A stretch of DNA of 61,388 nucleotides, the filler included. It is 13 parts of 13 records of this genome, joined end to end, with 100 filler letters (N's around TTAATTAATTAA, not from the genome) between each part and the next. Parts side by side here need not be neighbours in the genome. Positions count along the whole stretch, not along the records: positions 52,171 to 57,186 come from SRR7504441_11291; positions 57,287 to 61,388 come from SRR7504441_11305; 11 more parts are not named here. One strand, written 5' to 3'. Positions 55,674 to 61,388 of this stretch are shown piece by piece. The translations under genes were made by a program, and so were the position numbers. Below the pieces are notes generated by a model. It worked only from the letters and a program-made list of their open reading frames with translations. It was not told the origin of the DNA and searched no databases. Positions within the stretch are counted from its first letter, which is position 1, and each line of letters begins with the position of its first letter.

Positions 55674-57186
55674 TCAAAATTCAGCGTACACTCTAGGTTT
55701 TATAATCGCATGCAATGTCGAGCCGTTCACGACTCCTGGAGATCGTAGCTGAGCTTGGTCCTCAGCGAGTTCCCGGCCAAGGAAAATAAACTTTCGCTGG
55801 AGCTCAGCGGCAACACCTGTTTGATACTGGATGGTAGCCTTTAGCTGAGCAAATGTTGCATCCAATGAGATGCTTACAGAGCAACCATCCCCCATTGGCC
55901 TCAACATGATGGTAATGGACACCATATGATTTGTCGGTAAGCCTGTTAGGATCGGTGCTGAGACAGAGTTATGGGGAGATAAGCTGAGACTGTCACCGCT
56001 ATACACAGGTGTGTCCGCTGATATCACACCCCGGGTGGCGTGGCGCAGTAAGACACACCCCGGGTGCATCTGCAGAGCTGTACAAATGCGGTTTACCAAC
56101 TCCGTGCTGGGTGATTGTGTCTGTTCCAACCCTGGCACGTGCACCTTGATCCGTTCCTTGGTGATCTCGTGCGTGACCAGGAGGTTGCCACTGCTGACGC
56201 ACACACTGCAGAAGCAGCTAGCTTTGTGTCTATACTTAATTACCCACTGGGGCAGTGCTTGCCTCCGGTCATATGTTATGTATTCTGGGTGGCGCAAAGC
56301 GCCACCCTCCTCAACTGTCAGCCCAACTACCGACGTCAAAGGCCCACGGGCGTCCGGCCGTTCAGGTGGCATCCGCCACTCCTGGATTGCTGCGCGTTGT
56401 GTCACTGGGTACACCTCTTGATGTGCTTCGCCCAGACAGACCCGCACCACAAATATATAGCGCTCATCTTGCTCGGAGGGTCTGGCGTAAATGTCCGATT
56501 TGGAGGAATTCGCGGCGAAGTAGGTACCATAACCAAACATTCTACCAGCGTTGCTGCCACCATACCGCGGGTCTAGCCCTTGCAAGCAGATCCTGCCACA
56601 CAGCACCGTGACTCGCGGGCACTGCATCAGCATCAGGTACCTGTCCTTCAAGTCTGCAGGTGCGCCATGATACAGAAAGTATTCGTTCAAGTCGAGCTCG
56701 ACGGTCTTGACTGGCTGCGCATTCACCTGCAGTCGTGACGGCCGCTGGTTGCACAGACCAGCGATATCGTCCAGCTCGGCAAGGTAGCTCTGCTGGAGCC
56801 GGGGATTCTCGATCTTCTCCACATAAAGCACATCAAACTGGGGAGCCTCGCGCTCGACGCCAGCAGGCCACTCGTGTCCTGTAGCTGTTCTCGCCAGTTC
56901 ACTGACAAGGTATTCTCTCACGGGGTCGTGTCTGTTCAGGCGCACGTTCCGACAGCGCTGGTAACGAGAATACAGTGGCAGTGGCGCCATGGAAATACGG
57001 ACTGCGTCTGTCCTTCGGCGTTCCTCGTCCTGTAGCTGTCGTGCAGCCCGGTCGCTCTCCGCATCTGCCGTGTCCCGCTGGGCTTCGACCCTCCCGAGCG
57101 CCTCCACGAGATCGCGCTGCTCGTCACGGCTGAGCTCCCGTCGCTGCACCACGTTCCGCCAATTCTCATCTTCACGCTGTGCCTCG
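55674..57186 (-). CDS. PARP-family ADP-ribosyltransferase with C-terminal ubiquitin-like domain(s), 5'-truncated
   Basis: NEYFLYHG, MFGYGTYFAANSSKSDIY, RVCLG, PEYITY (H-Y-E triad); C-terminal beta-grasp TFAQLKATI..TGVAAELQRKFIFLGREL..NGSTLH; probable in-frame 48-nt intron. Confidence 0.85.
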
Positions 57187-57632
57187 NNNNNNNNNNNNNN
57201 NNNNNNNNNNNNNNNNNNNNNNNNNNNNNNTTAATTAATTAANNNNNNNNNNNNNNNNNNNNNNNNNNNNNNNNNNNNNNNNNNNNAGCGTGCTGATCGC
57301 TCGGATCACTGGCGCTCCGGGGGCTGAGCGGGCGGGTTGGCCCGCGCGAGTGCTCGCGGCATGCCTAACCGGTTTGGTAAGCCCATGTGAGCGTGATGTG
57401 AGCCGCCAAGAAGGAGCCCGCACTCGAGCGCCTCGGGTACTACTAGCCTACCCCGCCCACATGTGCAAGTATAGTATACATGTAGATTTTTATAAGAGTC
57501 ACAATCGCTCTGGCTCTATTCATGCTTATAGATGCATGCCCTATGAAATCGGATTAATTAAGATTAATTACAGATGTGGCGGCGACCACCCTTGTCGTCG
57601 CATCCCGCCACGGCACAGTGTCGCCGTCCAGA

Positions 57633-58367
57633 CTAAAGGCCCTGAATCACCTCCCGCCACTGCCCCAAGAAGACGGCTGTGCTCGCAATGAGCACCGCCG
57701 CGCAGAACAGCCAGACCACAACAAACACCACCCTGTGCCCCGGATTATCGCCCAACCCAGCCGCAGCCCACCTCTGCCGCAGGGTGGTGGGCTGTGGCCA
57801 CTCCTTAGCCAGCTGTGCCGCCAGGGAGTGCTGGCCGCTCTTCCCCGCCGCCCGGATTTGTGCCAACTTGCGCTGCCGGTCGGTCAGCCCACACCGCCGG
57901 CTGTCTGGGACCTGAATGCTGAGCACCCGGCGGCTAGTCTCGCTCTCACCCGGCGCCGGCTCCGCCCCCGCGCTCCGCTTGCGCGCCTGCCGGGCCTTCT
58001 CCCCATCCCCCACCATCCGGCTGAGCAGCATGGTGTTGCTCGGGATCGACGAGAGAGCCGGCCTGTTACTATTAGCCCCAGCCGGCTCGTGCGGCGCGAC
58101 GGCGGCGTCCTCGGGGATCCCGGCGAGCCGGCAGTGCAGCGAGGCGCTGTTGGGCGTCGGGGGCCGGCGGGCCCGGGCTGCGGCCGACTTTGGGCGGCGC
58201 GCCGGCACCGGGCGCGGCAGGGGGCTGGGCAGATCGTTCTCGACGTTCACCGCGTGCAGGATGTGCCCCGGCGAGCGCGGCGGGCACGGGGTCCACTCGG
58301 AGGACTCCGCCAGCATCTGCCATCCAGCGGTCAAGGGCTGGCGCGCCGGGACACAAGCGAGCACCAT
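57633..58367 (-). CDS. Hypothetical protein with C-terminal TM anchor
   Basis: Low-complexity ORF ending RVVFVVVWLFCAAVLIASTAVFLG; start uncertain. Confidence 0.45.
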   Translation of the reverse strand: MVLACVPARQPLTAGWQMLAESSEWTPCPPRSPGHILHAVNVENDLPSPLPRPVPARRPKSAAARARRPPTPNSASLHCRLAGIPEDAAVAPHEPAGANSNRPALSSIPSNTMLLSRMVGDGEKARQARKRSAGAEPAPGESETSRRVLSIQVPDSRRCGLTDRQRKLAQIRAAGKSGQHSLAAQLAKEWPQPTTLRQRWAAAGLGDNPGHRVVFVVVWLFCAAVLIASTAVFLGQWREVIQGL

Positions 58368-58432
58368 TCAAACAGGCGGATATTGGATTTGTTGAGAGGA
58401 GTGATTGCCCGAGGCCAGGCGTTGGCGCCGGC

Positions 58433-60222
58433 ATGGAGGATACTGCTGGCCGGCTGCACGGCGCGGCGGCCGCCGTTCGCGGCATGCTGCGACGCCGGCC
58501 ACGCATCATTCTGGTGCTGCTGGGAACGGTGGCGCTGATCGTGCTCGGACTGCGGCTCAAGTACTACTACACCGTGCTCCTGCCCCGGCGCAACGCGTTC
58601 GTTCGCCTCAGCCCGGAGGAGCTCACCCAGCGCTGCGAGCCGCTCCCACCGATGTCCGTTGCCGTCGCGGAGCCGGCCCGCCCGGTTCCGCGCGACGCCC
58701 GGGCTCCCCGGCCCGCCGGGGCGCTGGCTGGGCACCGGGCCAGCGAGGAGGAGGTACGGGCACTGGTGAAGCGGTACGAGGCGCTGCACCGGCGGATGAT
58801 GGACCCATCCGACCGGCGGCCGAAGCGGTTCTACATAGCGGGTGCCTATATGGCCAACACGGGTAACAGGGCGATGGTGCTGCTCTCACACCTGGTGCTG
58901 GCGATCATGTCCGGACGGGCGCTGGTGTATGATGGCTGGCTGCCCGGTTTTGAGTTCCCGGTGGAGCTCGACTGGCAGCGGATGCCGGCGCCGTACCTGT
59001 GCTATGTGAAGGAGCAGTTCCGGAGTTCTACGTACTCAAATTGGCTGGCGTACAAGCCTGAGACTGCGTTCTGCAAGGATTACATGCTGTCTGAGATCAC
59101 GGGGCACGAGCCCATTTTCTTCTGGCACGAGAACGCTGGGCGTGAATCGGGCAAGGGCACGCCGGACATCCTAGGGACCGCGGTCAACCTGCGGCATAGG
59201 AGATGGTTCGCGGAACACCTCGGCGACCACATCAGGGTGGTTTCATCTTGGCTGTTTAAGCCTGACCGCGAGTTGCTCGCCGAGGTCGAGCGGCGGGAGC
59301 ACAAACTGTGCGGCGGCCCTTGCGAGATCGGAGTTCACATCCGGCGAGGTAAGGACGACGATCATTACTTCCCGCTAGAGAATGGTGCGTGCCCGCTTGT
59401 CAGCCCCAGTGCCTGAGCCGGGCGGCAGAGAAGGCCGAGCTAAATCCGTTTGCCGACTGCGCCGAGCGGGTTGCCAAGAGCAAGGGCCTTCCAGACAGCT
59501 GGAGGGCGTTTGTGGCGTCGGATCATACGAGTGCAATTGACACAGTCGGCCGGCAGCTGGGCAGGCGGTTACGGAGCCAGCAGGCAGTCCGTCCCGAGGG
59601 CGGGCAAGACGGGCGGCTGCCGGAGTATCTGAATGACAGCCTGCTTGAGATCATCATGCTCTCGCGCACCAAGTACTTCGTAGGCACCCGATACTCGACC
59701 TTCTCCATGTTGATCGCTGCGATGCGGGACGAGCCAAATCATTGGATGGTCTACCCCTCAATCTACCAGAAGTGCGTCCAGGCGGCCAGCCCGTTCAACT
59801 CTTTGAGCCGGTTTGATCGCAAATTCTTGACCACCTCGGACGGGGACGCGAGCTTCTCGATATATGGCCGGCTGGGCGAGGCTTACTGCATGGATCAGGT
59901 GATGATCAACGACATCCAAGCGATGGGCGGCACCTTCAACCCGTACAGAGAGACACTCGAGTCTGCTCTCAACTGGGACGACGATACCAGCGCGAGTGCG
60001 ATTGAGTGCAGCCGGGACTATTCGACGGCCTGTCCCGAGGGCTGGGAGCTGCTAGAGGAGAACAATGACTTTGGGTTCTGCAGAGCGCCCGACACGTACA
60101 AGGGCCACTGCAAGTCGGTCTCCAAGTTCGGTGGGTATTCCAACGCGAAGAAGCAGCAATGGGCGTTTCAGTGCCACGCCGACTGGCCGTGCATCCATCC
60201 ACTAGACTTGTATGCAGCATAG
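58433..60222 (+). CDS. Type II membrane fucosyltransferase-like (GT-B) protein with C-terminal CPW-WPC domain
   Basis: TM IILVLLGTVALIVLGL; GNR..LAIMSGRAL, IGVHIRRG, AFVASD, IMLSRTKYFVGTRYSTFS are the shared motifs of alpha-1,2/alpha-1,6/O-fucosyltransferases; intron 59385-59428; CPEGW...WPC at 60007-60192. Confidence 0.82.
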
Positions 60223-60341
60223 CTCCCACGTGTAGAATTAATAATCAATTCGAGCTCGCTCACTGCGATGTGAGTGTGCGAGTCCATCAACATTAATTTT
60301 AACCGCGTTTTCAAGTAGCGTTCAAGTACATCTACATGCAT

Positions 60342-61388
60342 TTAGTGAATATGAGTCTTGTTGCTTCTTATCTCCGGAAACCGGCTGATGCTATTCGGGT
60401 CACTAAACAACAACTCGATCTTTGCAGCCGCGCCACTTTGGCGAGGTAACTCGGTCAAGTTGTGGGATGAATACGACCGCGGTCGCGACACTGCCAACTG
60501 CCGGGGTCGGCCCGAGGTTCGGACCTCAGAAGCCGTTATCGATGAGTTCCTCCGCGGCTTGTTCTTTAATTTTAGCTTCTTGGTCTTGATCTGAAGTGGG
60601 GCACTAGGTGCTGCTTCTGGTTGAGCTGGACGAGCCCCACTGGGTTGCCGATTAGACTCTGACAGTCTCCTCGCGCTGCTGCCCAGCCGGCCAGCTGGCA
60701 CACCACTGTGTGTGCTTGCACGTATTAAAGTCGGTCTTAATAAATAAATCATACACATACGGCGCCACCTGCACCTGCTCGCGCCGTTGCCGCTCAGCTG
60801 ATCGCCTGGACGGCTCGGCGCAGATTGCCCGACTCGAATCTCGATTCAAACACGAGCGTCAAATCATGCTCTGAGAACGGTGTGTAAAATGGCTCGAAAA
60901 AGCCGTCGGCGGTCCGCTCAGACGGTTCCATGCAGTCGTACACCAGCCGCTGCAGGTCTGAGGCTGCTCGGAGTCCCTGATTGGCTGCTCGGAGCTCGGC
61001 CTGCGCTCAGTGCTCACACCAACTCGCACAGCTGCACACACCTCCGTCTCGGTGGGCTCCTGGTTAAATTTGACTGGATGCGGCCATGACTCGCCCACCG
61101 CGTCCGGCAGAGACGACATCGGCCGGTTAGTGCCTGGCCCAGCCGCTCGCCCGCCCCGCCGCCCGGGACGGTCGCCTGTCCGAGGCGGCTGCACTCCGCG
61201 CTGCTGTTCGCCGAATTGATACAGCGGCGGTGGCGAGCGGGCCCTGCGCCTGTATGAGCTGCGCCCCGAGCCCGGGGCACCGGCCGAGGCTGCTCTGTCT
61301 CTCCACCTCGGGGGGCTCCTCGGAGGGCGAGTGTCTCTGCTGGCTGAGCACCGCAGGGGACTCGGGGAGCTCACTCAGCAGCAGCGAC
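60342..61388 (-). CDS. 3' part of a hypothetical low-complexity multi-exon gene
   Basis: Consecutive minus-strand ORFs (60342-60758, 60652-60849, 60859-61374) with S/P/R-rich composition; structure not resolved. Confidence 0.3.

Noticed and set aside
5109-57286. Regularly recurring TTAATTAATTAA flanked by N runs as a repeat array or CRISPR
   Set aside because: Fixed 100-nt synthetic contig linker; neighbours across it are not syntenic.

Overview
This is eukaryotic, not prokaryotic, DNA: 13 short, unrelated contigs (about 3.6-7 kb each) joined by artificial 100-nt linkers (N44-TTAATTAATTAA-N44), so synteny only holds within a contig. It comes from a GC-rich, very compact protist genome that carries an axonemal dynein gene and uses the standard code; the taxon cannot be fixed from sequence alone. 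Spliceosomal introns are tiny and uniform (mostly 35-49 nt, GT-AG with frequent GC-AG), which fragments the supplied ORF track. After manual splicing the recognisable genes are: REI1/ZNF622-like, DA1-like LIM-metallopeptidase, MCM5 (3' part), a papain protease, an SGNH-like hydrolase, a bromodomain protein, an LRR-TBC fusion, a lipase, two secreted glycosidase-like proteins, a broken DNAH10-type dynein, a 2OG-Fe(II) dioxygenase, an SMPDL3-like phosphodiesterase, an arylsulfatase, a PqiA-like membrane protein, a RING-H2 protein, DeSI/PPPDE, a class IV aminotransferase, a P4-ATPase, CWC27, a PHO84-like transporter, a PARP-like protein and a fucosyltransferase-like protein. Most interesting observations: (1) a fucosyltransferase fused to an apicomplexan-type CPW-WPC domain; (2) an apparently newborn intron built from a copy of its neighbour plus a 16-nt target duplication, in a gene whose introns carry 10-bp-phased AACGG (MYB/MSA-like) motifs; (3) a ubiquitin-like domain fused to a P4 flippase; (4) a dynein gene with deletion, inversion and truncation breakpoints (true gene decay or amplification chimera). 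All family calls come from motif recognition by eye; no searches were run.
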